A DNA stretch of 64,000 nucleotides, taken from Actinomycetes bacterium (GTDB taxonomy: Bacteria > Actinomycetota > Thermoleophilia > Gaiellales > Gaiellaceae). Positions 29,946 to 37,998 of the stretch are shown here, piece after piece. The notes beneath the pieces are model-generated. The model saw nothing but the letters and a program-made list of their open reading frames with translations. It searched no databases and was not told where the DNA came from. Both the position numbers and the translations under genes were made by a program. The DNA lies in contig JBAWZV010000002.1 of NCBI GenBank assembly GCA_037142875.1, positions 145,416-209,415 of the forward strand, given 5' to 3'. Every line of letters begins with the position of its first letter. Positions within the stretch are counted from its first letter, which is position 1.

Positions 29946-31622
29946 ATGCCGATCTCCTACGCCTCACGCCTCCACCTGCCGACGCTCCGCGACGCCCCTG
30001 GCGACGCGGAGGCGACAAGCCACAAGGTGCTCGTGCGCGGCGGGTACATCCGCCAGCTCTCCGCCGGGCTCTGGACGTTCACGCCGCTCGGCTGGCGGGT
30101 GCACCGCAAGGTCGAGCAGATCATCCGCGAGCAGATGGACGCGATCGGGGCGCAGGAGTGGTTCGCGCCGGTGCTCACTCCGGTCGAGCTCTGGGAGGCG
30201 ACTGGCCGCGACAAGATCCCCGAGATCTTCCACCTGAACGACCGCGCCGGCCGCCGCTTCGTGCTGCCGATGACGCACGAGGAGACCTTCACGTTCCACG
30301 CTCGCGAGCTTCAGAGCTACAGGCAGCTGCCGCAGTCCTGGTACCACTTCCAGACGAAGGAGCGCGACGAGCCGCGTCCCCGCGGCGGCCTGATCCGGGT
30401 ACGCGAGTTCATCATGAAGGACTCGTACTCCTTCGACCGTGACGAGGCCGGGCTGGAGGTCAGCTTCCGGGCCCACGAGGCCGCGTACCACACGATCTTC
30501 CAGCGCTGCGGGATCGCGTACTACGCCGTCCAGGCGGAGTCCGGGATGATGGGTGGCAGCGAGTCGGTCGACTACCTCGCCCCGTCGGGCTCCGGTGAGA
30601 ACACGCTCGTCACCTGCGCGAACGGCGACTTTGCCGCCGACCTCGAGGTCGCTCGCTCCGTTCCTCGGGGCGCAACGTTCCCCGAGGCACTCGGCGCGCC
30701 CGTCGAGGTCGACACGCCCGGCATCACGACGTGCGATGACCTCGCTGCGTTCCTGGGGATCGACGTCGCTGCAACGTCTAAGGCGATGCCGATGACGAAG
30801 GACGACGGCACCGTCGTGCTCGCGCTCGTGCGCGGTGACGACCGGCTGGAGGTCTTCAAGCTGATCGCCGCGCTCGGCGAGGCAGTCCGTCCGTCGACCG
30901 AGGACGAGATTCGTGCCGCGTTTGGCGCCGAGCCGGGGTCGCTCGGGCCGGTCGGGTTCAAGGGCGAGATCATCGCCGACGAGACCCTCCGCGACGGCGA
31001 GTTCGTCGCGGGTGCAAACCGCACCGGCTGGCACCTGCGGGGCGTCGCCGCCGGCCGCGACTTCGAGCCGCGCTTCGCCGACATTCGCGTTCCGACCGAG
31101 GGCGACACCTGCATCGCCTGCGGCGCCGCGCTCGAGTTCAAGACGGCGATCGAGATCGGCCACATCTTCAAGCTCGGCACCCGCTACTCCGAGCCTCTCG
31201 AGGCCCGGTTCCTCGATGAGGACGGGCGCGAGAAGCCCCTCGTGATGGGCAGCTATGGCATCGGCCCCGGCCGAGTGATGGCGACCGCCGTCGAGCAGCA
31301 CGCCGACGACTCGGGCCTCGTCTGGCCGGCGTCGCTCTCGCCCTACGACGTCCACGTCGTTGTTCTCCCGGGCGTCGAGGAGCAGGGAGCCGAGGCCGCC
31401 CGCATCCTCTCCGACGCCGGGTACGACGTCCTCGTTGACGACCGCGAGAAGCGGCCCGGCGAGAAGTTCGCCGACGCAGACCTGATCGGGATCCCTGTCC
31501 GCGTCACGGTGGGCAGAAAGACGCTCGAGGACGGCCTCGTCGACCTGAAGTTCCGCGACAGGGGCACCGAGTCCCGCGTCGCCATCGCCGAGCTGGGCCA
31601 GGAGGTTCAACGTCATGACTAA
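29946..31622 (+). CDS. proS: proline--tRNA ligase
   Basis: ATG 29946 within track ORF 29640..31622. Class II aaRS with a ProRS N-terminus (LPTLRDAPGDAEATSHKVLVRGGYIRQL). Confidence 0.95.
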   Translation: MPISYASRLHLPTLRDAPGDAEATSHKVLVRGGYIRQLSAGLWTFTPLGWRVHRKVEQIIREQMDAIGAQEWFAPVLTPVELWEATGRDKIPEIFHLNDRAGRRFVLPMTHEETFTFHARELQSYRQLPQSWYHFQTKERDEPRPRGGLIRVREFIMKDSYSFDRDEAGLEVSFRAHEAAYHTIFQRCGIAYYAVQAESGMMGGSESVDYLAPSGSGENTLVTCANGDFAADLEVARSVPRGATFPEALGAPVEVDTPGITTCDDLAAFLGIDVAATSKAMPMTKDDGTVVLALVRGDDRLEVFKLIAALGEAVRPSTEDEIRAAFGAEPGSLGPVGFKGEIIADETLRDGEFVAGANRTGWHLRGVAAGRDFEPRFADIRVPTEGDTCIACGAALEFKTAIEIGHIFKLGTRYSEPLEARFLDEDGREKPLVMGSYGIGPGRVMATAVEQHADDSGLVWPASLSPYDVHVVVLPGVEEQGAEAARILSDAGYDVLVDDREKRPGEKFADADLIGIPVRVTVGRKTLEDGLVDLKFRDRGTESRVAIAELGQEVQRHD

Positions 31623-31914
31623 GAAGTCGAAGTTCAGCGCCGACGCTTTCGGCACCGCGATCGAGAAGCTGATGGACGAGACCGGCACGACCTACCGTGG
31701 ACTTGCCGCGAAGACCGGGCTCTCGGCCGGCTACCTCAACCACCTCGTTCACGGCAACCGTCCGGTCCCGTCGAACGATGTGATCACGCGACTCGGGGAG
31801 GCGCTCGGCGTCGACGCCGACCACTTCCGCGAGTACCGGCTGCGCGCCATCACCGAGCGCCTCGAAGCGATGCCGGAGATGATCGACCGGCTGTTCCGCA
31901 AGCTCCACGACTAG
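31615..31914 (+). CDS. XRE-family helix-turn-helix protein
   Basis: 99 aa with an HTH region (TYRGLAAKTGLSAGYLNHLVHGNRPVPSNDVITRLGEALGV). ATG overlaps the proS stop by 8 nt. Confidence 0.7.
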   Translation: MTKKSKFSADAFGTAIEKLMDETGTTYRGLAAKTGLSAGYLNHLVHGNRPVPSNDVITRLGEALGVDADHFREYRLRAITERLEAMPEMIDRLFRKLHD

Positions 31915-31945
31915 GGAACCGCCCTCCGCTAAGGTTCTCCCTCCA

Positions 31946-32020
31946 CGGGGCGTGGCGCAGCCTGGTTAGCGCGCTAGTCTGGGGGACTAGAGGTCCCGAG
32001 TTCGAATCTCGGCGCCCCGA
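31946..32020 (+). tRNA. tRNA-Pro (anticodon GGG)
   Basis: Hand-folded cloverleaf. Acceptor CGGGGCG/CGCCCCG, D stem GCGC/GCGC, anticodon stem CTAGT/ACTAG with loop CTGGGGG (GGG, G37). T arm CCGAG-TTCGAAT-CTCGG, C1:G72 pair and A73 discriminator. No encoded CCA. Confidence 0.9.
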
Positions 32021-32026
32021 TAACCC

Positions 32027-32058
32027 GAAAGCCCCGCATCTGCGGGGCTTTCTTGTTT
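32027..32058 (+). terminator. intrinsic terminator after tRNA-Pro
   Basis: GCCCCGCA-TC-TGCGGGGC hairpin followed by TTTCTTGTTT. Confidence 0.7.
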
Positions 32059-32151
32059 CCAGGACACGTTCCGGCGCAGGCGCTCCACGCTGTGTCATAG
32101 TCAGTCCAGTGCGCCGCCCGGCGGCGCACGCGCCAACAAGGAGGTCGGCCA

Positions 32152-32832
32152 ATGACACGCTCTTCCCGTGGACACGTTGCAGCTGCCTTCGCGCTGCTCG
32201 CAGCCGTCGTCGCAGCGCCGGCCGGGGCCGGGTCCCGTACGGCGACGGTGTGCCACGTCGTCATCGCCAACCACCGGGTCTGCCCGTTTGCCAACCTCAT
32301 CGGAGCGAACCTCGCCGGGATCCAGGCGGACCGCGCGAATCTGACGGGTGCACGGCTGAATCGCGCAAAGCTCACGCACGCTCATCTGGAGCACGCGAAG
32401 CTCGACCGCGCGAACCTCACCGGGGCGGTACTGATCCGGGCAAGACTCAAAGCCGCGACCTTGACCGGCGCGAACCTGACGGCGGCGGTGATGACAGGCG
32501 TGCACCTCGACGACGCCAATCTCCGCTCAGCGCGGATGAGCTCAGCGCGGCTCGGCGGCGCCTCGATCACCGGTGCGAAGCTGAACGGCGCCGTGCTGGC
32601 TCAAGCGAACCTGGCAGGGGCGGATCTCGGCGACGCGGACATGACGGGCGCGGACATGACCGGCGCGAACCTGACCCACGCCAACCTCTCTTCGGCGCAC
32701 CTCGAACGCGCGAATCTCACCGGTGCCAATCTCACCGGTGCGGTTCTGACGCAGACGCACCTTCACGGTGCGATCTTCCACGGCACCATCTGCCCGGACG
32801 GCACGACGACAGACACGTTCTGCTCGGCCTGA
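32152..32832 (+). CDS. secreted pentapeptide-repeat protein
   Basis: 226 aa. Signal peptide (AAAFALLAAVVAAPAGAG), then about 30 consecutive A(D/N)LxG-type pentapeptides. Flanked by Cys pairs. Confidence 0.85.
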   Translation: MTRSSRGHVAAAFALLAAVVAAPAGAGSRTATVCHVVIANHRVCPFANLIGANLAGIQADRANLTGARLNRAKLTHAHLEHAKLDRANLTGAVLIRARLKAATLTGANLTAAVMTGVHLDDANLRSARMSSARLGGASITGAKLNGAVLAQANLAGADLGDADMTGADMTGANLTHANLSSAHLERANLTGANLTGAVLTQTHLHGAIFHGTICPDGTTTDTFCSA

Positions 32833-32838
32833 GGAAGC

Positions 32839-33483
32839 TCAGGCAGCGAGCAGCTGCGACACCGTGACGAACTCGTAGCCACGATCGAGCAGCTTGGGGA
32901 CGATCTCTCTGACCGCACGAACTGTCGGCCAGCGGTCGGGCCGGCTCACCGAGTCCGCCGAGCGGGGAGGGCGGCCGTCATGAAGGTCGATGATCCCGCC
33001 CTGCGCGGCCATCTCGAGCACGCGTGCGACGATCGGTTCCGGCGAGTCGAGCACCCAGTCCTTCGCCCACGCCGACGCCAGGACGGCCGTGTCGTATCCG
33101 CACGAGTGCGCGACCGAGCGCACGCGCCAGGAGACATCGAGGTAGGGGGGACGGAAGACCGTCGGACGCTGGCCGATCGCGGCCTCGACGATGTCTGCCG
33201 TCGCCGTGAGCTCGTGGCGGATCTCCTTGCGTGAGAGCGGCGGGAGGCGCGCGTGGGTGAGGGTGTGATTCCCGATCTCGTGCCCCTCCGCGTACGTCGC
33301 AGCAAGGACGGACTCGCGCAGCACCACCGCCTCACCGATGACGAAGAACGTCGCCGGAACGCTCTCGGCGCGGAGGATCTCGAGGATCGGCTCAGTCCAC
33401 TCTCCTGGCCCGTCATCGAAGCTGAGGGCGATCAGGTTGCGCCCAACGTCCGGGCGGCAGGCGATGGTCTTGGCGCGCATCAC
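32839..33483 (-). CDS. polysaccharide deacetylase (NodB homology domain)
   Basis: 214 aa with motifs SFDDGP, HEIGNHTLTH and FRPPY. Confidence 0.8.
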   Translation of the reverse strand: MMRAKTIACRPDVGRNLIALSFDDGPGEWTEPILEILRAESVPATFFVIGEAVVLRESVLAATYAEGHEIGNHTLTHARLPPLSRKEIRHELTATADIVEAAIGQRPTVFRPPYLDVSWRVRSVAHSCGYDTAVLASAWAKDWVLDSPEPIVARVLEMAAQGGIIDLHDGRPPRSADSVSRPDRWPTVRAVREIVPKLLDRGYEFVTVSQLLAA

Positions 33484-33544
33484 ACCGTCAAGCTAGCTCG
33501 GGCGGCGGCGAGTCACCGAGCGACATCAGCTGGTCGAGCGATCC

Positions 33545-33841
33545 GTGGTGGATAAACCGCAGCCAACCCGTACCCAGAGGGTGTACGGTGCGCCTTACAG
33601 GATGAACAAGCGCGCGACGAGAACGGACGACGCAACACTCGAGGTCACTGTCCGCGGCCTCACGCCTGCAGATGTCGAGGCATGCGCGGCGCGCGAGTGC
33701 TGCAAGCACTTTGGCGAGACCGGCTGGAGCTTCGGCGCCTGCGAGGTCAAGCCGTGCATGAAGTCGCTCGGCGGCCGCGTCCGTCTGTACGAGGGGCGTT
33801 TCGTGGCATCGGCGAGCCCGTCGGGCCCCGACGCCGCCTGA
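33545..33841 (+). CDS. hypothetical Cys-rich small protein (start uncertain; ATG 33602 alternative)
   Basis: 98-aa ORF with no competing gene on either strand. Five or six Cys in EACAARECCKHFGETGWSFGACEVKPCM. No family recognised. Confidence 0.35.
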   Translation: MVDKPQPTRTQRVYGAPYRMNKRATRTDDATLEVTVRGLTPADVEACAARECCKHFGETGWSFGACEVKPCMKSLGGRVRLYEGRFVASASPSGPDAA

Positions 33842-33887
33842 TCTCCGACGCGCTCGACCGCAGCGCCGCGTGAGCTAGCCTGGGCTG

Positions 33888-34046
33888 ATGGAGATCGCCG
33901 TCGCCATCGTCTCGTTCGTCCTGCTCGGCGGCGCCGCCGTATTCGTTGCCTGGATGTTCGTGTGGGCAGCGCGCAAGGACGGCGAGGAGGATCTGGCGCT
34001 CCAGAAGCGACTCGGGTGGTTTCGGAAGACCCGCCTCGGCCGCTGA
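33888..34046 (+). CDS. possible 52-aa single-TM peptide
   Basis: ATG 33888. MEIAVAIVSFVLLGGAAVFVAWMFVWAARKDGEEDLALQKRLGWFRKTRLGR: a hydrophobic helix followed by a basic tail. Below the ORF-track cutoff. Confidence 0.3.
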   Translation: MEIAVAIVSFVLLGGAAVFVAWMFVWAARKDGEEDLALQKRLGWFRKTRLGR

Positions 34047-34345
34047 AGATCGAGCTGCTCTGGTGGGAGGGCTGCCCCTCGCATCCTGAGGCGCTTGCGC
34101 TCCTCGAGGACGTCGTCGCCGAGCTTGACGTCGCCGCCGAGATCGTCGTCCGCGAGATCCGAGACCACGACGAGGCCGTCGCGTTCGGCTTCCCAGGCTC
34201 GCCAACGATCCGGGTTGACGGCCGCGACGTTGATCCGTCGTCGCGAGAGGCGCCGGCGTCGCTGAGCTGCCGCGTCTACCGTCTTCCAGACGGCCGCCCG
34301 TCCCCCGTACCGAGCCGAACCCAACTGGAGGATGCACTGAGATGA
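34016..34345 (+). CDS. thioredoxin-fold protein with CxxH motif (start uncertain)
   Basis: 3' part of track ORF 33962..34345. ...KIELLWWEGCPSHPEALALL...FGFPGSPTIRVDGRDV fits a small thioredoxin-like fold. Stop overlaps the next redoxin gene. Confidence 0.55.
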   Translation: MVSEDPPRPLKIELLWWEGCPSHPEALALLEDVVAELDVAAEIVVREIRDHDEAVAFGFPGSPTIRVDGRDVDPSSREAPASLSCRVYRLPDGRPSPVPSRTQLEDALR

Positions 34346-34872
34346 CGCTGTCCCTCGCCGATCCGGCCCCACACTTCGCCCTTCCCGGCATCGATGGTCG
34401 TGAGCACACGCTTGAGAGCTACGCCGACGCGGCGGTGCTCGTGCTCGTCCAGTCGTGCAACCACTGCCCGTACGTGCTGGCGTGGGAGGGACGACTCAAC
34501 GCGATCGCCAGGGACTACGCCGAGCACGGTGTCGACGTCGTCGCGCTGAACGCGAACGACGCCTCCCGCTACCCCGCCGACTCGTTTGAGCGGATGGTCG
34601 AGCACGCGGCCGCCGAGGGGTTCGTCTTCGACTACCTCCACGACGAGACGCAGTCCGTCGCACGGGCACTCGGCGCGGAGCGAACGCCCGAGGTCTTCGT
34701 CTTCGATCGGGAGCGCCGCCTCCGCTACCACGGCGCAATTGACGACAGCCGGGACGACCAGGCCGTCACGACGCACTACCTCCGTGACACGCTCGACGCG
34801 GTGCTCGCAGGCGAGATCCCGGCTGTGTCCGAGACGCCTGCGGTCGGCTGCAGCGTCAAGTGGCTCGAGTAG
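34342..34872 (+). CDS. thioredoxin/redoxin family protein (AhpC/TSA-like fold)
   Basis: 176 aa with PHFALPGIDGREHTL and a CNHCP (CxxC) active-site region. Confidence 0.8.
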   Translation: MTLSLADPAPHFALPGIDGREHTLESYADAAVLVLVQSCNHCPYVLAWEGRLNAIARDYAEHGVDVVALNANDASRYPADSFERMVEHAAAEGFVFDYLHDETQSVARALGAERTPEVFVFDRERRLRYHGAIDDSRDDQAVTTHYLRDTLDAVLAGEIPAVSETPAVGCSVKWLE

Positions 34873-34939
34873 GTCCGACCGGATCCACGGGGCCCATTCC
34901 CTTTCTCTCCGAGAACTGCGATGATCGCGCTGCCCCGGC

Positions 34940-35941
34940 ATGCGGTCGACGCTTCTCTCAGTGGTCGTGCTCGCGCTTCTTGCACCAGGTTCCGCCTTCG
35001 CGACGCCTGTTGTCTCGGCGTTCTACTACCCGTGGTTCGGCACCTCGATCCATAACGGCGGCTACCAGCACTGGGCGCAGGGCGGCCACGCGCCACCAAA
35101 CGACATCGCCTCGGTGTACTACCCGGCTGTCGGCGTGTACTCGTCCGCTGATGCGGCACTGCTCGCACAGCAGATGCACGAGATCAACCGAGCCGGGATC
35201 GACGAGATCGCCGTCTCCTGGTGGGGACGGGGCTCGCCGGAGGATCAGCGCTTTCCCGCGATCCTCGCCGCTGCGGCGAAGGAGCACGTCGCCGTCGCAA
35301 TCCATCTCGAACCGTATGGCGGACGGACGGTGTCGAGCACGAGCGCCGATATCGACTACCTGACCGGCCTCGGTGTCACGAAGTTCTACGTCTATCAGGC
35401 GTTCCAGTTGCCTGCAGGCGACTGGGCCCCGATCAACGACGCTTTGCGCCTGAAGGGGATCGTCACCTACGCGCAGACCCCGTTTGTCGGCCAGGCGGCG
35501 ACCGGCCACTTCAGCGGGGTCTACACCTACGACATCCTCACCTGGGGCTCGGGCAAGTTCTCGCGGATCTGCGCGGAGGCTCACGCGGCCCACCTGCTCT
35601 GCGCACCGTCGGTCGGGCCCGGCTTCGACGCGAAGCGAACGAACGCGAACCTCGCCGTGAAGCCACGGCGGCGCGGCCTCACCTACGACACGATGTGGAA
35701 CCAGGCCATCGCTGCTGGTGCAGACGACATCACGATCACGTCGTTCAACGAGTGGCAAGAGGGAACGCAGATCGAGCCGGCCGCGCCACCGAAACGCCGC
35801 GGGGACATCCGGTATGGCTCCTACAACGGTGCGTGGGGCCTCTTCGGCCGGAAGGCAGCCACGGCGTACCTCGACCGCACGGGGTACTGGGCGCACATCT
35901 TCAGGCGCGCGGTCGCGAAGCGGTCGATCGCCCCTTCCTGA
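34940..35941 (+). CDS. secreted glycoside hydrolase family 99-like protein
   Basis: 333 aa. Signal peptide, YYPWFG near the N-terminus and ITSFNEWQEGTQIEP, which I recognise as GH99 (endo-alpha-mannosidase-like) hallmarks. Confidence 0.7.
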   Translation: MRSTLLSVVVLALLAPGSAFATPVVSAFYYPWFGTSIHNGGYQHWAQGGHAPPNDIASVYYPAVGVYSSADAALLAQQMHEINRAGIDEIAVSWWGRGSPEDQRFPAILAAAAKEHVAVAIHLEPYGGRTVSSTSADIDYLTGLGVTKFYVYQAFQLPAGDWAPINDALRLKGIVTYAQTPFVGQAATGHFSGVYTYDILTWGSGKFSRICAEAHAAHLLCAPSVGPGFDAKRTNANLAVKPRRRGLTYDTMWNQAIAAGADDITITSFNEWQEGTQIEPAAPPKRRGDIRYGSYNGAWGLFGRKAATAYLDRTGYWAHIFRRAVAKRSIAPS

Positions 35942-35966
35942 GCCGAGACCGCCGTATGCTTGCCCG

Positions 35967-36527
35967 GTGGGTGCTCCGACCGCCACCGGGCTGCGCGGGA
36001 TCGTTCCGAATGCCCTGACCCTCGGCCGCCTGGCGGTCATCCCCGTCTACGCGGCGCTCGTGCTGAGCTCGGCGGGGGGGATGAGTTGGCCGGCAGCGGT
36101 GATCTTCGCTGCCGCCGGGATCACTGACCAGATCGACGGGTTCCTTGCGCGCCGCTGGCGTGCGGAGTCGAAGTTCGGGAAGATCGCCGACCCGCTCGCC
36201 GACCGGATCCTGATCGATGTCGCAGTGCTCCTGCTCTGGCATGCCGGGCGACTTCCCTGGGTCGCGCTCGCGATCCCGGCGAGAGACATCCTGTTGATCG
36301 CCGCCACGCCCTTCGCCCTCGGGCGTGGCTACCGCTTCGAGGTCAACCTCACAGGCAAGACCGCAACGTGGGTGCTGTACGCGGGACTCGCTCTCATCCC
36401 GTGCACGTCTCCGTCGACACACTGGCCGCTCTGGATCTTCTGGGCCGGACTGGCGCTCGCGGTCGCCGCGGTCGCGTTGTACGTGCGCAAGGCCCGGCAG
36501 GAGTTCGGCCGGCCAGACGGAACTTGA
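35967..36527 (+). CDS. pgsA: CDP-alcohol phosphatidyltransferase
   Basis: GTG 35967 within track ORF 35718..36527. Family signature D-x2-DG-x2-AR-x8-G-x3-D-x3-D present (TDQIDGFLARRWRAESKFGKIADPLADR). Confidence 0.8.
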   Translation: MGAPTATGLRGIVPNALTLGRLAVIPVYAALVLSSAGGMSWPAAVIFAAAGITDQIDGFLARRWRAESKFGKIADPLADRILIDVAVLLLWHAGRLPWVALAIPARDILLIAATPFALGRGYRFEVNLTGKTATWVLYAGLALIPCTSPSTHWPLWIFWAGLALAVAAVALYVRKARQEFGRPDGT

Positions 36528-36608
36528 CGAAAGAATCCTCAAGTTGAGGTTGACGGTTCGGGTGCTGGTCCGCTTGAATCCAACTCCACCTGACGAAAGG
36601 CACAACGC

Positions 36609-36851
36609 GTGGAAGCGCTTCCGGATCTCGGCTCCCTCTCGGACGAACAACTCAAGAAGCTGAAGGACGAGCTCGAGCTCCAGGAACGGGAGCTCAGCTA
36701 CAACCGCCGCATCCTTCACGGCAAGATCGACATCCTCCGCGCCGAGCTCGTCGCCCGGCTCCAGGTCTCAGGCGGGCGCAGCGTGCTCGACCAGCTCGAC
36801 GTCGCGCGCCTCACCGAGATCCTGACAGGCAAGGCATCGCCCGAGTCGTGA
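36609..36851 (+). CDS. small coiled-coil protein with RsiG-like signature
   Basis: 80 aa. GTG start; stop overlaps the FHA gene start (GTGA). Contains E-x3-S-x2-R-x3-H-x3-D (ERELSYNRRILHGKID); see finding. Confidence 0.6.
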   Translation: MEALPDLGSLSDEQLKKLKDELELQERELSYNRRILHGKIDILRAELVARLQVSGGRSVLDQLDVARLTEILTGKASPES

Positions 36852-37309
36852 GCCATCTGTACTGCACCGAATGTGGCTTCCAGAACCTGGAGGCGGCGAA
36901 CTACTGCCCCCGTTGCGGCGCCCTGCTCCAGCACGACGACGCGGGCGTCGAGACAACCCAGACGTTCTCCGCAGAGGAGGTCGGCGATCTCGCCGCGGCG
37001 TCAGCCGGCGAGATCGTCGGGCCTGCGCTCGTCGTCCGCACGGGCGGCGGCAGGGCGGGGGAGAGCTTTCCGCTCCACGGCGCGAGCATCCGGATCGGCC
37101 GCTCGCCTGAGTGCGAGATCTTTCTTGACGATGTCACCGTCTCGCGCAACCACGCGCTCGTGGTCGAACGTGATGGCTCGTTCCTCGCCGAGGATCAGAG
37201 CTCGCTCAACGGAACGTTCGTCAACCGCCGCCGCATCGACGCGGTCGTGCTCGCACATGGCGATGAGCTCCAGATCGGCAAGTACCGACTGATGTTCGTG
37301 GAGCGCTGA
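36848..37309 (+). CDS. zinc-ribbon + FHA domain protein (GarA/OdhI-like)
   Basis: 153 aa. N-terminal CxxC...CxxC (YCTECGFQNLEAANYCPRCG) and a C-terminal FHA domain (IGRSPECEIFLDDVTVSRNHALV...SLNGTFVN). Confidence 0.85.
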   Translation: MSHLYCTECGFQNLEAANYCPRCGALLQHDDAGVETTQTFSAEEVGDLAAASAGEIVGPALVVRTGGGRAGESFPLHGASIRIGRSPECEIFLDDVTVSRNHALVVERDGSFLAEDQSSLNGTFVNRRRIDAVVLAHGDELQIGKYRLMFVER

Positions 37310-37311
37310 TC

Positions 37312-37998
37312 GTGAGCACGGAGACCACACAACGGGAACGCCTCGTCCGGATCGGTGAGGTCGTCAAGCGTCTCGGCGAGGAGTTCACCGACATCTCGAT
37401 CTCGAAGATCCGGTTCCTCGAGGACGAGGGGCTTGTCACCCCGCAGCGCACTCCCGGCGGGTACCGGCTGTTCAGCGAGCCAGACATCGACCGGCTCGTC
37501 ACGATTCTCCGCCTGCAGCGCGACGAGTTCCTACCGCTGCGCGTCATCCGCGATGAGCTCTCTGCTCCCGGCGCGGCCGAGCGGAAGCGCCGCAAGCCGA
37601 CCGGGCTCGGCGAGCACGTCGCCATGATCGACCTCACAGAGCTCTGTCACCGCACCGACTCGACTCCCGAGTTCATCAAGGAGCTCGATGACTTCGGTCT
37701 CGTCGCACCGACCGGGAGCGGGGCGGACAAGCGCTTCCCCGAGACCGACATCGACATCGTGAGCGTCTGCACCCGCATGATCCGATTCGGCGTCGACCCA
37801 CGGCATCTCCGGACATTCCGGACCGCCACGGACCGGGAAGCGGCGCTGCTCGAGCAGATCGTGGCGCCCGCGCTGCGGGCCCGGAATGCCGAGCGTCGCG
37901 CCTCCGGTCTGAGCGACCTGCAGTCGCTCACCGAGCTCGCGCAGGAGTTGATCTCTATGCTCCTGTGGCGCGACGTTCGAGAGGTCGCGACATCATGA
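37312..37998 (+). CDS. MerR family transcriptional regulator (FtsR-like context)
   Basis: 228 aa. MerR HTH (IGEVVKRLGEEFTDISISKIRFLEDEGLVTPQRTPGGYRLF). Position after the FHA gene as in other Actinobacteria. Confidence 0.85.
   Translation: MSTETTQRERLVRIGEVVKRLGEEFTDISISKIRFLEDEGLVTPQRTPGGYRLFSEPDIDRLVTILRLQRDEFLPLRVIRDELSAPGAAERKRRKPTGLGEHVAMIDLTELCHRTDSTPEFIKELDDFGLVAPTGSGADKRFPETDIDIVSVCTRMIRFGVDPRHLRTFRTATDREAALLEQIVAPALRARNAERRASGLSDLQSLTELAQELISMLLWRDVREVATS

Noticed and set aside
27416-31688. Long minus-strand ORFs 27416..28885, 28916..29872 and 29964..31688
   Set aside because: They are antisense to rseP, ispG and proS respectively. No motifs are present, and the sense-strand genes are unambiguous.
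31946-33500. Genomic island integrated at tRNA-Pro
   Set aside because: There is no integrase, no direct repeat of the tRNA 3' end, and no obvious compositional break. The downstream genes are ordinary secreted or redox proteins.
36528-36608. Promoter hexamers (TTGACG / TTGAAT) upstream of the coiled-coil gene
   Set aside because: The spacing and the -10 match are poor, so it cannot be supported without transcription start data.
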